Of a stretch of 64,000 bases of DNA, positions 18,905 to 30,000 are shown one piece after another. Made by a program: the position numbers and the translations under genes. Source of the stretch: Myxococcota bacterium (lineage in GTDB: Bacteria > Myxococcota_A > SURF-8); the NCBI GenBank assembly GCA_965140415.1, contig OZ223209.1:3232001-3296000 (forward strand). The letters run 5' to 3'. Position 1 is the first letter of the stretch; each line of letters opens with the position of its first letter. The notes beneath the pieces were generated by a model that searched no databases, was not told where the DNA came from, and saw only the letters and a program-made list of their open reading frames with translations.

Positions 18905-20080
18905 ATGTCTTTCTCTTTCACTGCAAACGATCAACGTGAATTGGCCAATTCGGTCCCCGTCGATCTTAAGCAAGCGAGTTTCCCTCAATATGGCCGTTAC
19001 CTGGACGATTTCAACCCAGGAGAGGTTTTCGCTCATCCGCGAGGTTTTACTTTTACCCGCAGTGCGATGATCGCATTCTCACGCACCTTCTTGCAGGCCA
19101 ATCCACTGTATCTAAACGTGGAATATGCCCGCGCGCTGGGCTTTGGCGATCTTCCGGCTTCGCCGCAGATGGTATTCAATGTCGTCCTGTCTTTGGGCGT
19201 GCAAAACGACTCAGAAAAGGCCATGGCGAATCTGGGTTACTATCAGGTCCAATTCCTGCGGCCTGTCTACCCCAACGACACTCTAACCGCCATGACGCAG
19301 GTTGTAGAGCGCAAAGAGCGCGGTGAAGACAAGCCCGGCATCGTGAAAATCCGAACGCTGGGCCTCAACCAGGATGGACAGGTTGTCTTGCAGTACGAAC
19401 GCAAGATCATGGTTCCCTGGCGCGGCAATCGCCCCGGCACAAGTCAGCCAAAGGCAGAATCGGTGCAATTCCCATGGGTCGAGCGAGCGTCCATCGAGTT
19501 ACCTCTGGCTGCTTCAGGTTCTCATGAACAGCTTACTGGAGAGACATACTACGAAGATTTTTCGGTGGGCGACATTATCGTACATCCAAACGGGCGCACG
19601 ATTACCGACGAGCACCTGGCGCTGACCTATCTTACCGGCAATACGCATCCGCTGCATTTCGACAGTGTGTACAGCCAGGGATTGAACGGAAAAATGAGTG
19701 GCACTCCGATTGTCTATGGCGGGCTGGTTTTCGCCTGGCTCGATGGTCTGGCCAGTCGCGACATCGGAGAAAACGCCCTCTGGGAGCTCGGCTTCACCGA
19801 GGGCTACCACACGCAACCTGCCGTCAGTGGCGACACGGTCTATGCGATTTCCCGCATTCTGGCGAAAGAAGATCTGGATGATTCGAACGGAATTCACGCC
19901 GGAATCGTAACGGCACAACTGATCGGCGTGAAGAACATCAGTGGAAAAAATGCGCTGGAAAGCTTTGGAGAAGGTCTCTTTTTAAAAGAAAACAACAAGA
20001 AGAAGCTGGGTAAAGACAAGATTCCGCAAAAGATTTTTGAGATCGAGCGCAGACTGCTTCTTTTAAAACGCCCTCTATAA
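18905..20080 (+). CDS. mch: Double MaoC-like hydratase, probable mesaconyl-CoA hydratase
   Basis: YGRYLDDF...ANLGY..VQFLRPVYPNDTL and a second hotdog YYEDFSVGD...NTHPLHFD...VYGG; operon context. Confidence 0.78.
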   Translation: MSFSFTANDQRELANSVPVDLKQASFPQYGRYLDDFNPGEVFAHPRGFTFTRSAMIAFSRTFLQANPLYLNVEYARALGFGDLPASPQMVFNVVLSLGVQNDSEKAMANLGYYQVQFLRPVYPNDTLTAMTQVVERKERGEDKPGIVKIRTLGLNQDGQVVLQYERKIMVPWRGNRPGTSQPKAESVQFPWVERASIELPLAASGSHEQLTGETYYEDFSVGDIIVHPNGRTITDEHLALTYLTGNTHPLHFDSVYSQGLNGKMSGTPIVYGGLVFAWLDGLASRDIGENALWELGFTEGYHTQPAVSGDTVYAISRILAKEDLDDSNGIHAGIVTAQLIGVKNISGKNALESFGEGLFLKENNKKKLGKDKIPQKIFEIERRLLLLKRPL

Positions 20081-20088
20081 AGGAAACG

Positions 20089-22116
20089 ATGATGGCAGAC
20101 TCGCCCTCCAGCAGCAAACGCGACCGCCCCTGGCTGATGCGAACCTATTCAGGTCACTCTTCTGCACGTGCATCCAACGAGTTGTATCGCACCAATTTAA
20201 GCAAGGGACAAACCGGCCTGTCCGTTGCTTTCGATCTGCCGACCCAGACCGGCTACGATGCCGATCATCCGCTTTCAAAGGGTGAAGTAGGCAAAGTCGG
20301 CGTACCGATCGCTCATATCGGCGATATGGACATCCTGTTCGACCAGATCCCCCTGGATAAGATGAACACGTCGATGACCATCAACGCAACGGCAGCCTGG
20401 CTGTTGGCCATGTACGTCGCCCTTGCGGAGCAGCGGGGCATCGATCCCAAAGAGTTGCGTGGCACGACCCAGAACGACATCATCAAGGAATATCTGTCCA
20501 GAGGAACTCATATCTTTCCGCCGCAGCCTTCCATGCGCTTAACGGTGGATACAATCAATTATGCCGTCTCCAATCTTCCGCATTGGAATCCGATCAACAT
20601 TTGCAGCTATCATTTGCAGGAAGCCAGCGCGACGCCGGAACAGGAACTGGCCTATGCGCTCTCCGCAGCGATTACCGTGCTGGATTCCGTGAAAGCATCC
20701 GGCCAGATCTCCGATCAGGATTTTCCGAAGGTCGTGGGTCGCATCAGCTTTTTCGTCAATGCCGGAATCCGCTTCATCGAAGAAGCGTGCAAGATGCGCG
20801 CATTCACGGAAATGTGGGACACGATTACAAAAGAACGCTACGGCGTGGCAGATCCCAAACTGCGTCGCTTTCGATACGGCGTACAGGTCAATTCACTGGG
20901 CTTGACCGAATCGCAGCCGGAGAACAACGTCCAGCGGATCGTACTGGAAATGCTGTCCGTCGTCTTAGGCAAAAACGCCAGGGCGCGCGCCATTCAACTG
21001 CCCGCCTGGAACGAAGCCTTGGGACTGCCTCGCCCCTGGGATCAGCAGTGGTCCCTGCGCATTCAACAGATTATGGCCTATGAGACCGACCTGCTTGAAT
21101 ACGGAGATATTCTTTCCGGTTCACCCGTCATCGAACGGAAAACCCATACTTTGATCAGCGGTGCCCACAAAGAAATGGCCGAGATCGAAAAGCAGGGAGG
21201 CATGCTGAACGCCGTTGAAAACGGTTATGTAAAACGACGCCTTGTAACCAGTCATTCCGAGCGTTTGCGCGCCATTGAATCCGGCGAACGGGTTGTGGTT
21301 GGCGTCAATCGTTTCAAAGAAACGGCGGATTCGCCATTGGTCGCCGGTTCAGACAGCGGCATCATGACTGTAGACGCCCGTGTGGAGCGCGAACAGATCG
21401 AACGGCTGCAAGCTCACCGGGCGCGTCGTAACCAGGCGGAAGTCGAAGCCGCCCTCGCTCAACTGCGCGATGCGGCATTAACAAACGAAAATATCATGCC
21501 GGCCTCCATTCGTTGCGCCAAAGCCGGTGTCACCACCGGTGAGTGGGGAAACCTTCTGCGAGACATCTTCGGAGAATACCGACCGCCAACGGGAATCGAC
21601 ATCTCCATCCGCCAGATAGACCGAAGCGACAACGAGTTTCGTCTGCGAGATGCCGTACATCAAACTGGTGAAGAGTTGGGACGTCCGTTAAAGATCCTGG
21701 TTGGAAAACCGGGCTTGGACGGTCACAGCAACGGCGCGGAACAGATCGCGGTAAAGGCGCGTGACGTCGGTTTTGAAGTGGTTTACGAAGGCATTCGCCT
21801 GACGCCGGAACAGATTGCCAAAGCCGCCTTGGAAGAAGGCGTGCACCTGGTCGGCTTGTCGGTTCTCTCCGGCAGCCACTGCGAACTGGTAGGCGAAACG
21901 ATGGGTCAGCTACGAACCGCAGGATTGGAAAATCTTCCGGTCGTGGCAGGCGGCATCATTCCTCCTGCCGATGAGCAGTATCTGAAAGAACTAGGCGTTG
22001 CTTCAGTTTACACGCCCAAAGATGCGGATCTGAATCGAATCATGGCGGATCTGATCGCCATCATTCGCAGCAGAAACAAGCTTGCGGCATTACCGGAACT
22101 CATTGAGAATCGATGA
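20089..22116 (+). CDS. ecm: Ethylmalonyl-CoA mutase (B12-dependent, MeaA)
   Basis: PWLMRTYSGHS, NICSYHLQEA, RYGVQVNSLGLTE and B12 motif KPGLDGHSNG. Confidence 0.9.
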   Translation: MMADSPSSSKRDRPWLMRTYSGHSSARASNELYRTNLSKGQTGLSVAFDLPTQTGYDADHPLSKGEVGKVGVPIAHIGDMDILFDQIPLDKMNTSMTINATAAWLLAMYVALAEQRGIDPKELRGTTQNDIIKEYLSRGTHIFPPQPSMRLTVDTINYAVSNLPHWNPINICSYHLQEASATPEQELAYALSAAITVLDSVKASGQISDQDFPKVVGRISFFVNAGIRFIEEACKMRAFTEMWDTITKERYGVADPKLRRFRYGVQVNSLGLTESQPENNVQRIVLEMLSVVLGKNARARAIQLPAWNEALGLPRPWDQQWSLRIQQIMAYETDLLEYGDILSGSPVIERKTHTLISGAHKEMAEIEKQGGMLNAVENGYVKRRLVTSHSERLRAIESGERVVVGVNRFKETADSPLVAGSDSGIMTVDARVEREQIERLQAHRARRNQAEVEAALAQLRDAALTNENIMPASIRCAKAGVTTGEWGNLLRDIFGEYRPPTGIDISIRQIDRSDNEFRLRDAVHQTGEELGRPLKILVGKPGLDGHSNGAEQIAVKARDVGFEVVYEGIRLTPEQIAKAALEEGVHLVGLSVLSGSHCELVGETMGQLRTAGLENLPVVAGGIIPPADEQYLKELGVASVYTPKDADLNRIMADLIAIIRSRNKLAALPELIENR

Positions 22117-23174
22117 TGATGACAGGCATCGACAGTTCGTCCGACATTTCCACATTGGCCGTTCGCATCCAGCAAGGCGACCGGATCGCAATTGCCAATG
22201 CGTTGAACCTGATGGACGACCGACGTGCCAGTTCCCAAGACCGCGCGTCGATTTTGCTGGATTCACTAATCAACTCAGAATACGAAAATGACCGCCACCT
22301 GATCGGATTGACCGGCCCACCCGGAGTCGGCAAATCGACTTTAAGCTCCGCGTTGATTGCAGCCTGGCGCAAGCAGGGGAAAACGGTCGGCGTGTTGGCG
22401 GTCGATCCTTCCAGTTCCGTAACGGGCGGGGCGCTGCTCGGCGATCGACTACGCATGATGGCGGGCAAATCCGATACCGGCGTTTTCATTCGCTCCCTGG
22501 CGGGACGTGGCGAACATGGAGGTCTGGCCGCTGAAATCTGGCCGATGAGTCAAGTGCTTATGGCCGCGTTCGATCGCATCTTGATCGAAACCATCGGTGT
22601 CGGTCAATCCGAAATCGATGTTGCCACGATCGCCGACACGACCTGTTTCGTAGCGCAACCGGCAGCAGGCGACAGCATCCAGTTTTTAAAAGCGGGAGTC
22701 ATGGAAATCCCGCACATTCTACTCGTCAACAAATCGGACCTTGGAAAAATTGCGGAACAAACCCAAGTGGAATTGCAACGCGCCCTGCCTTCTTTTGAAG
22801 ATTCCGTATCCCTGCGTTGGCGCTCTCAGATCCAATCTGTCAGTGCGCTTACCGGAGCGGCCATTCCCGATCTGGTCGATCAGATCGAACGCCATCGACA
22901 CTGGCTGATCGATCACAACTTGTTACAAACCAGACGTAAAGAGTTTCAGATCGACTGGGTGCTAAAGCGCCTGCAATTGGAATTCGGCTCGTTTGGTATT
23001 GACCGACTTGGTGGAAAATCCAAAATTTCCAAAGCTCTGCTTCATTCCCAGGATTCTCCATTTTCCAGATACCGCATCTATCGACATCAATTGACTGCCG
23101 CCTTTTCGGCGGATGTCGGACAAAATTACAACCACAGCGAAAAGGACTTGAGTGATGACCAAAGATCTATATGA
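22113..23174 (+). CDS. meaB: MeaB/ArgK-family GTPase chaperone of B12 mutases
   Basis: [44 protein letters not shown]. Confidence 0.92.
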   Translation: MMMTGIDSSSDISTLAVRIQQGDRIAIANALNLMDDRRASSQDRASILLDSLINSEYENDRHLIGLTGPPGVGKSTLSSALIAAWRKQGKTVGVLAVDPSSSVTGGALLGDRLRMMAGKSDTGVFIRSLAGRGEHGGLAAEIWPMSQVLMAAFDRILIETIGVGQSEIDVATIADTTCFVAQPAAGDSIQFLKAGVMEIPHILLVNKSDLGKIAEQTQVELQRALPSFEDSVSLRWRSQIQSVSALTGAAIPDLVDQIERHRHWLIDHNLLQTRRKEFQIDWVLKRLQLEFGSFGIDRLGGKSKISKALLHSQDSPFSRYRIYRHQLTAAFSADVGQNYNHSEKDLSDDQRSI

Positions 23175-24936
23175 CATCGGTGAAGCTCCCCCATTAGGAA
23201 TCGTCCCCCCAAAAATGCACGCATGGCTGATACGCGAGGAACGATTCGGCGAACCGATGAAAAGTTTTCAGAAAGAAGTCGTAGACGTACCTGAAATCAA
23301 GGACGATGAAGTCCTGGTTTACGTCATGGCGGCGGGAGTCAATTACAATAACGTCTGGTCCGCCCTGGGTACGCCGGTCAACGTCATTCAAGCCCGCCAG
23401 AAGCAGGGAGAAAAGGAAGACTTCCACATCGGCGGCAGCGACGCCAGCGGCATCGTGTACAAAACGGGGAAAAGCGTCACCAATGTCAAAGTCGGCGACG
23501 AAGTGGTGATCCACTGCGGCAGTTGGAGCCAGGATTGTCCCATGGTGCAGCGCGGCGAAGACCCGATGTTCAGCCCGACGTTCCGAATCTGGGGCTATGA
23601 AACCAACTACGGCAGTTTCGCTCAGTTCACTCGCGTTCAGGGACACCAGTGCCTGCCCAAGCCCAAGCATCTAAGCTGGGAAGCGGCTGCCAGCTACATG
23701 CTGGTAGGGGCTACGGCCTATCGTATGTTCCTTGGATTAGGCGACAAGTCATTGAAAAAAGACGACGTGACCCTGATCTGGGGCGGTGCGGGCGGCTTGG
23801 GTTCCATGGCCATTCAAATTGCAAAAGCCGTCGGAGCGATCCCGATTGCAGTCGTCTCCAACGACAACAAATTCGAATATTGCGAAAGCCTGGGGGCGAA
23901 AGGCTGCATCAACCGCACGCATTTCGACCATTGGGGAATGCTGCCCCACTGGAAAGACACCGCAGGCTATGCCAAGTGGTTCAAGGGCGTTCGGAAATTC
24001 GGCAAAGCGCTTTGGGATGTGCTGGGAGAGAAACGCGCACCGCGAATCGTCTTCGAGCATCCCGGAGAGGCGACCATCCCGACATCCCTTTTCGTAGCGG
24101 AGACCGGCGGCATTGTGGTGATCTGCGCAGGAACCACCGGTTACAACGCCACCGTGGATCTTCGCTATCTCTGGATGCGCCAGAAGCGCGTACAGGGTTC
24201 GCATTTCGCCAACGATGTGCAGGCGGACGGATTTAATCGCCTGGTGATCGAAGGCCTGGTCGATCCCTGCCTGTCGAAGTCGTTTACCTACAATGAGTTG
24301 CCGCTTTCTCACCAATTGATGTACGAAAACAAGCACCCGCACGGCAACATGGGCGTGCTTGTCGGCGCGACGGAATTCGGCCTGGGAATTTCGGAAAAGA
24401 CACCTCATCCATCGCCATTCTTCGCTTTGTCAACGGACGATACCCACGACAAAGTCCCCCCGTATCCTCTTTCCACGCCGACTCCGAAATTCATTACGGA
24501 GCCGCTTGAAACGTTGGAACTGGAACTGGTTGACGACGGAACTCTGGTGCGCGATCTCATGCATCCGGGGCTTGTCACCTGCTCACCGAGCGATTCGGTG
24601 AAAGAGGTCGCGACCCGCATGGTTGAAAACGATATCCATGCCGTGGTTGTCGTTTACGATGCGGAACCGGTGGGCGTGGTCTCACAAACCGATATGGTGC
24701 TCGCCCGCCAGGGCCGCAGCGCCGATGCGGTGAAAGGATTGAAAGCCAGCGACATCATGACGCCCGGCTGCGTAACCTGTACGCTGGATACCTCTCTATC
24801 CGATGCCGTTTCCACCATGACCGGGCTGCGCATCCATCGTCTGATCGTGACCAGACAGGATCACGGACAAAATGTCCCCATCGGCGTGATTTCGATGACG
24901 GACATCATCCGCAAACTGGTGGTAGACGCCAACTGA
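23155..24936 (+). CDS. ccr: Crotonyl-CoA carboxylase/reductase with a fused C-terminal CBS pair
   Basis: [57 protein letters not shown]; then a Pro-rich linker and two CBS repeats. Confidence 0.92.
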   Translation: MTKDLYDIGEAPPLGIVPPKMHAWLIREERFGEPMKSFQKEVVDVPEIKDDEVLVYVMAAGVNYNNVWSALGTPVNVIQARQKQGEKEDFHIGGSDASGIVYKTGKSVTNVKVGDEVVIHCGSWSQDCPMVQRGEDPMFSPTFRIWGYETNYGSFAQFTRVQGHQCLPKPKHLSWEAAASYMLVGATAYRMFLGLGDKSLKKDDVTLIWGGAGGLGSMAIQIAKAVGAIPIAVVSNDNKFEYCESLGAKGCINRTHFDHWGMLPHWKDTAGYAKWFKGVRKFGKALWDVLGEKRAPRIVFEHPGEATIPTSLFVAETGGIVVICAGTTGYNATVDLRYLWMRQKRVQGSHFANDVQADGFNRLVIEGLVDPCLSKSFTYNELPLSHQLMYENKHPHGNMGVLVGATEFGLGISEKTPHPSPFFALSTDDTHDKVPPYPLSTPTPKFITEPLETLELELVDDGTLVRDLMHPGLVTCSPSDSVKEVATRMVENDIHAVVVVYDAEPVGVVSQTDMVLARQGRSADAVKGLKASDIMTPGCVTCTLDTSLSDAVSTMTGLRIHRLIVTRQDHGQNVPIGVISMTDIIRKLVVDAN

Positions 24937-24971
24937 GCAGAATTCCGTTGACGTTCAGTGACGATACGATT

Positions 24972-25000
24972 CCGCCCCGGTTATCCGGGGCGGTTTTTTT
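24972..25000 (+). terminator. Intrinsic terminator of the ethylmalonyl-CoA operon
   Basis: CCGCCCCGG-TTAT-CCGGGGCGG-TTTTTTT. Confidence 0.88.
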
Positions 25001-25013
25001 ATTAAGTGAGCTA

Positions 25014-26987
25014 CTATTGAAGTTCTTCTACATGATGGGCGGGAACCGAAACGCCGTCGATGCTGCGCTCTTGCTCATCGGGATTGAAAGCGACCCGCGT
25101 TCCATCCGGCAAGCGCCAGATCAGCGGCAACACATGATGGTTGCTGTTCAGAATCGAATCCGATACCGAAGTTACCAGATAGTCCGGTGGTTCCGCAGGG
25201 AACAGATCTTCCGGCACCGAAGGTTCTCCGCTTAAGGACGCGGAAATAATTGTAGAAGTCAATCCCCAGCTACGGCGCGCTTCGTCCAGTTCGGGAAGAT
25301 TGTCGCTCAAGAACAAACCGCCTCCGCCAAAGGCCACCACCCAGGCGCCCATATCCACTTCATTTTGCGGCAGGGTGCGCAATAGAGGGGGATCGGGGTC
25401 GCATAGAGTGGCATAACACATCATATAGCGAGCCGAAACCGCACGGGCTTCATTGACGATGAAGTAGTAATTCGCGCCGGTCTGCTCGAAAGCGATATCC
25501 GGTCCCAGTCGCCAGGCATCGACATGTTCGAAGCTGGGTGTGGGAGGCGCGCCGACGGCCAGCAGAATCACCTCTTCTCCGGCAGCTTCACGAATAATCG
25601 ATAGCGCCTGATGGTACGCCTGCATCCCGGTGACATCCTGGCTGCGTCCGCCTTCATACGTTCCGGCGAACAGGAAATCGATTTTCAAGAAGTCATAGCC
25701 CCAGGAAACGATTTGCTGAATGAATCCCGCCAGATGAGCTGCGGCATCCGGTTGCGTAACATCCAGAATGCGCATATCGCCATGCATCGGATGCCCGAAG
25801 CTCGATCCGGTTACGAACCAGTCGGGATGCTCAGTAACCAGATCACTATCCGAATCGACCAGCAACGGAGCCAGCCAGACACCGATTTCAAAGCCCTGCT
25901 GATGCATGTCATCGGCCAGTCCATTCATGCCGGAAGGGAACTTCTCGTTGGGCGTCCATTCACCCCAGGCTTGCTGCCAGCCATCATCCACGACGATTCG
26001 CATTTTCTTATCGCTCGGGATCTGATCCTGTAAAATCGTTTTCGCGATAGCGGCATTGGCCTGAACGTCGGATTCCGTGACTTTGTCCCACAGTTCATAC
26101 CAGGAGTTCCAGCCCGCATCGGCTTTGGCTACAACGGTCTTTCTTCTACTGGGAAGCTCCCGCCCAAATGCTTCTTGTGTCGCGTGCAGATCCTTACCGA
26201 GCCAGATACGCCAGGATTCCGAAGTAACGGAATCCCCACTGTTCAACGAAATGGCCTCTCCGGTTGAACCATTGACCAGACGGACACCCACGGGATGCTC
26301 GGACGTCTCAGAATCGGTGTAGGCTTGCAACCAGGATTTGAAAAGCTGCGAGCTTACGGCTCCGGCAAACAGGCTGTATTCCCCGCCACCCACAGCCGTA
26401 TACCACCAGGAAAGTTCCTTACCGGATCGAACGGTCTCCGTGTTTCCGGTCGCCGCAAGCGCTTCATCCAATTCCTCTTCGGTCGGTTCGGCATTCAAGG
26501 CGATCATACCGCTTTGCGACCAGGATTGAAACCCGTTGGACAGCCATGCGCGAGCGCCGGGAAGCTTTACATGTCCTGTAAAAGAGAAGGCGTTGAGTGT
26601 AACCGCCTGCTCGGCACTGAAGCTCAAGGAGGCCAGTCCATCTTCGTAACTCAATAAAACTTTTCCGAAAGAATCGATGGCGCAGGAAAGCCCTTCATCC
26701 GTTTTCTCGCAGGAAGTGTCGGTTTGCACGTCGTACCACTGGCCATCCAGTTGAACGGCAGGCAGCATCAACCACTCCGCTTCTCCACAACCGACGGAAA
26801 GCGTCAAGCCCGTAGAATCCAGAGTCGCCTGCATCGTATCGCAAGTCGCTTCCGAATCCGTCTCCGACTCTCCGAATTCTTCGGAATCCAAATCACCATC
26901 TGCCACGGTTTCGTCCGAATCGCCACAACCATTGAGAACAAGCAGAACGAACAGAAAGAAAGCGACAACCATCGATTTGACACTCAT
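25014..26987 (-). CDS. Glycoside hydrolase family 36 (alpha-galactosidase-like) lipoprotein
   Basis: Lipobox VLNG-C and DGD acidic linker; GWNSWY, VVDDGWQ, FLKIDF (nucleophile), WRLGPD (acid/base). Confidence 0.85.
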   Translation of the reverse strand: MSVKSMVVAFFLFVLLVLNGCGDSDETVADGDLDSEEFGESETDSEATCDTMQATLDSTGLTLSVGCGEAEWLMLPAVQLDGQWYDVQTDTSCEKTDEGLSCAIDSFGKVLLSYEDGLASLSFSAEQAVTLNAFSFTGHVKLPGARAWLSNGFQSWSQSGMIALNAEPTEEELDEALAATGNTETVRSGKELSWWYTAVGGGEYSLFAGAVSSQLFKSWLQAYTDSETSEHPVGVRLVNGSTGEAISLNSGDSVTSESWRIWLGKDLHATQEAFGRELPSRRKTVVAKADAGWNSWYELWDKVTESDVQANAAIAKTILQDQIPSDKKMRIVVDDGWQQAWGEWTPNEKFPSGMNGLADDMHQQGFEIGVWLAPLLVDSDSDLVTEHPDWFVTGSSFGHPMHGDMRILDVTQPDAAAHLAGFIQQIVSWGYDFLKIDFLFAGTYEGGRSQDVTGMQAYHQALSIIREAAGEEVILLAVGAPPTPSFEHVDAWRLGPDIAFEQTGANYYFIVNEARAVSARYMMCYATLCDPDPPLLRTLPQNEVDMGAWVVAFGGGGLFLSDNLPELDEARRSWGLTSTIISASLSGEPSVPEDLFPAEPPDYLVTSVSDSILNSNHHVLPLIWRLPDGTRVAFNPDEQERSIDGVSVPAHHVEELQ

Positions 26988-27015
26988 GAGCCCGCCTTTG
27001 CAAAAGAGTATGATC

Positions 27016-27045
27016 CGTGCAGACCGGATTAATCCGGTCTGCACG
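27016..27045. other. Perfect 30-bp palindrome in an intergenic region
   Basis: CGTGCAGACCGGATT|AATCCGGTCTGCACG. Confidence 0.9.
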
Positions 27046-27095
27046 AGGTACGTTCATGTTTTCCCTAATAATACACTTTCGCGCGGACCGCAAGT

Positions 27096-30000
27096 TTAGG
27101 AGCGTCGGCGCATCTGTCTGCGGTGACGAAATACGATCATCCAGAAGAACAACAGCATCCAAATCGGCGGATTGGCGGGATTGGACTGGCACCCCATATC
27201 GTTCTCACAGCCACCGGGAATCGTCGGATCGATCGGACCACCATTGTCGCCGGAGCTTGAATCGCCATCACTGCTATACTCTTCATCCCCAGGCACGATC
27301 GAGTCGCCATCGACGTCCCCATCTGCAACCGCATCGGATTCGCTGTCGAATTCTACATCACCATCTTCTACCACATCGCCATCCACGGGACCGGGCTTGT
27401 CGATATCGCCATCGACCCAGGGCGTTTCCGAATCTCCGGTTTCGCCTTCAGAACTCTCCTGATCCAGATCACCGTCTACAATCGCCAGGATCTCGAAATG
27501 AACGACGTTGGAAGGAATTGATGTATTACCTGCCCCATCCATTGCGGTTGCGACCACAGCCTGTTCCCCTTGCTGCAAGTCCGATTCGGAAACACAAGAG
27601 AAATCGCCGGAAGCGGATGCTGCGACTGTACATAGCGCAGCGCTCTGGTCTTCCATCCAAACGGTCACGGAAGAAAGCGCTTCGGTTTGTCCGCTGAATG
27701 TCGGGCGCAGTTCCGTCAGTTGTGCGCCATCGGTTGGTGCTTCAATCACAGGTGCGTCTGGCGCGTGCGTATCAAGGTACAATAAGAGGCTTTGAGTCGT
27801 CTCGTTATCTCCGATATCGAGCACGGACAAGCTAGCGGTATACATTCCATCGGGTAGCGGAATGCTCATCGAATCGCGACCGGTCCAAACCTGCTCGATC
27901 TGATCCAGCTTTCCCTGCAACGTGAAACTCGACTCAAACTGCAAATCGTTGGAAACATCACGGATGTTCAATGTCGCCTCATGCAACTCCGAAGAGTCTT
28001 CCAGTTCCGCATGGAACGTGGTTGATTCTCGCAAAGGATTGAACGCCGTTGGTGTCGCGGTGAAACTCGAAATAACCGGATTAGTCAGATCCATATACAT
28101 GACGCCATCGGAAGAAGCGGGCAAGCTGCTGCGCCCGGTATCGTCGTAGGCTTTGACCTGGAAGGTATAGCTTCGGTTCAAAATCAGCGAAACCGGCACG
28201 ATGTAATCCGTAGCCAGTCCCGTATCGACCCAGGATACGATCCGGTTCCCCTGATCATCCAGCACCGAAGCCAGATAACCGCTGGCTCCGGTTACGTCAT
28301 CCCAACTGGCCGCCAGAGCATCCGGTGTTTCCGTGCTGTCGATATCCACGCTAGGATCGACCAGTTGATAATCGGCGCTAAGTTGCACGTCGCGTACTTC
28401 GCCGGGGGCGGAGAGATCCTCCTGGTCGATTAGATGAAGCTGGCCGTCGTCGGTGGCAACCAGAATTTCCAGTTCACCGTCCTGATCGACATCGGCGACC
28501 ACCGGCTCGGAAACCGTAACGGAAAACGGCAAAGCCCACAACAGCGTCTGATCGGAAAGCTGCATCGCCATCAGGAATCCGTCATCCGTTCCGAATATTA
28601 CATCTTCCTCGCCATTTCCATCGATATCGCATACCGTCAAGTTGCTCAAGGTGTTTCCATCGCCCGGATCGGACGCGCCCAGTTCGCCGTTACGTGGCCA
28701 CACACGCCCGGACCAGTCGGCTTGTCCATCCGGTCCGAAAGCCTGCAAGTATCCCATCGTGCTGCTTTTAATGAAACCAAGGCCATCAGGATGCGAATAC
28801 AGCGCCAGCCAGCGTTCCCAGACTTCGTCGGAATAATCGTGGGGAATCGTAAAACTCGGACTTTCAGTCAATAGTTCAAAAAGCTGAATGCCTTTATCCG
28901 CCTGGAAATTGACGATCAGCAGTTCCTGTTCGTCATCGTTGTCGAAATCCGCCAGAATATTGTCTTTGAGCCAGTGGGTGTCGTTCACGGAAGAAATCAG
29001 GCTGCCATCCAAACCATTGTAATACTCGATATTGTAGGTATCGTGAAAAATGACATCCTCCCGACCGTCGCCGGTGATATCCAGTAAATGCGCCCTGTAG
29101 GCTACCCAGCGATAATTCTGCGAGGTCGCCACATTCCAGATTTCGGTCCCATCGGTTCCATCTAGTGCCACCAGGCGCATGTCGGATTCCGCAGGCAGGC
29201 GCGTATCCGCAATCGTCACCACGGCATCTCTCACATCATCCAGGTTCACATCTCCGAAAGCGATGTCCTGCGGCGCACTGCCGTAACCGGTAAACTCTTT
29301 TGTCCAAATCGCCTCTCCCGCTTCGTCTAGCAGGTGAATTTTCGGGTTCACCGCGTCCAGAACATCTGCCGCCGGAATTTCCAGGTTTCCGTCTCCATTC
29401 AAATCGATCGTCATCGAAAACGGTGCGGTTTCGCCTCGATAAGCCCACAAGCGCTCTGGCGGTGTCAACGCGGTCGCGGTTGAAAGATTCAACACTTCGA
29501 ACTCTGTGCTGCTGCGTGTCACAATCAATTCCGAGTGACCGTCGTCATCGAGGTCAGCAACCAGAGGACTGCTTGAGAACGTCCCGCCCTGAAGGTGGGC
29601 CTGCTGGGACAGTGTATTCGATAAAATGTCCAAATAGCCACTGGACCGATAAATCGCCGTCTCGGAAAGCTCTCCCGGCTGGGAGAGTTCATTTCCCAGA
29701 GTCAACAGCACAATCGATTCGCCGTCCGGGATCGGCCAATCCGCGAGCACAATCGGGGATGCCAGATCCGAGCGCACGGCCCGCAGGTGATCGGCTAACC
29801 CGTCGTTATTTTGATCCAGCAGAAAATACAGATCCTGTTTCTGGTCGCCATTGACATCCTGGGCGGCGATTTGTAAGGAATAGTCCCAGACATTCTGATC
29901 CGGCTTATCCTGCGGTCGAACGTAAAAGGGTGCCGCATCGGCAATACTCCAGCGGAAAACGAAGGTCGTTCCCACCAGCGAATAGACCTCGATCGGTCCG

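Noticed and set aside
27017-27697. Plus-strand ORF starting with the same MQTGLIRSAR as the opposite-strand ORF
   Set aside because: The shared start is an artefact of the perfect palindrome, and the rest is antisense to the FG-GAP gene.
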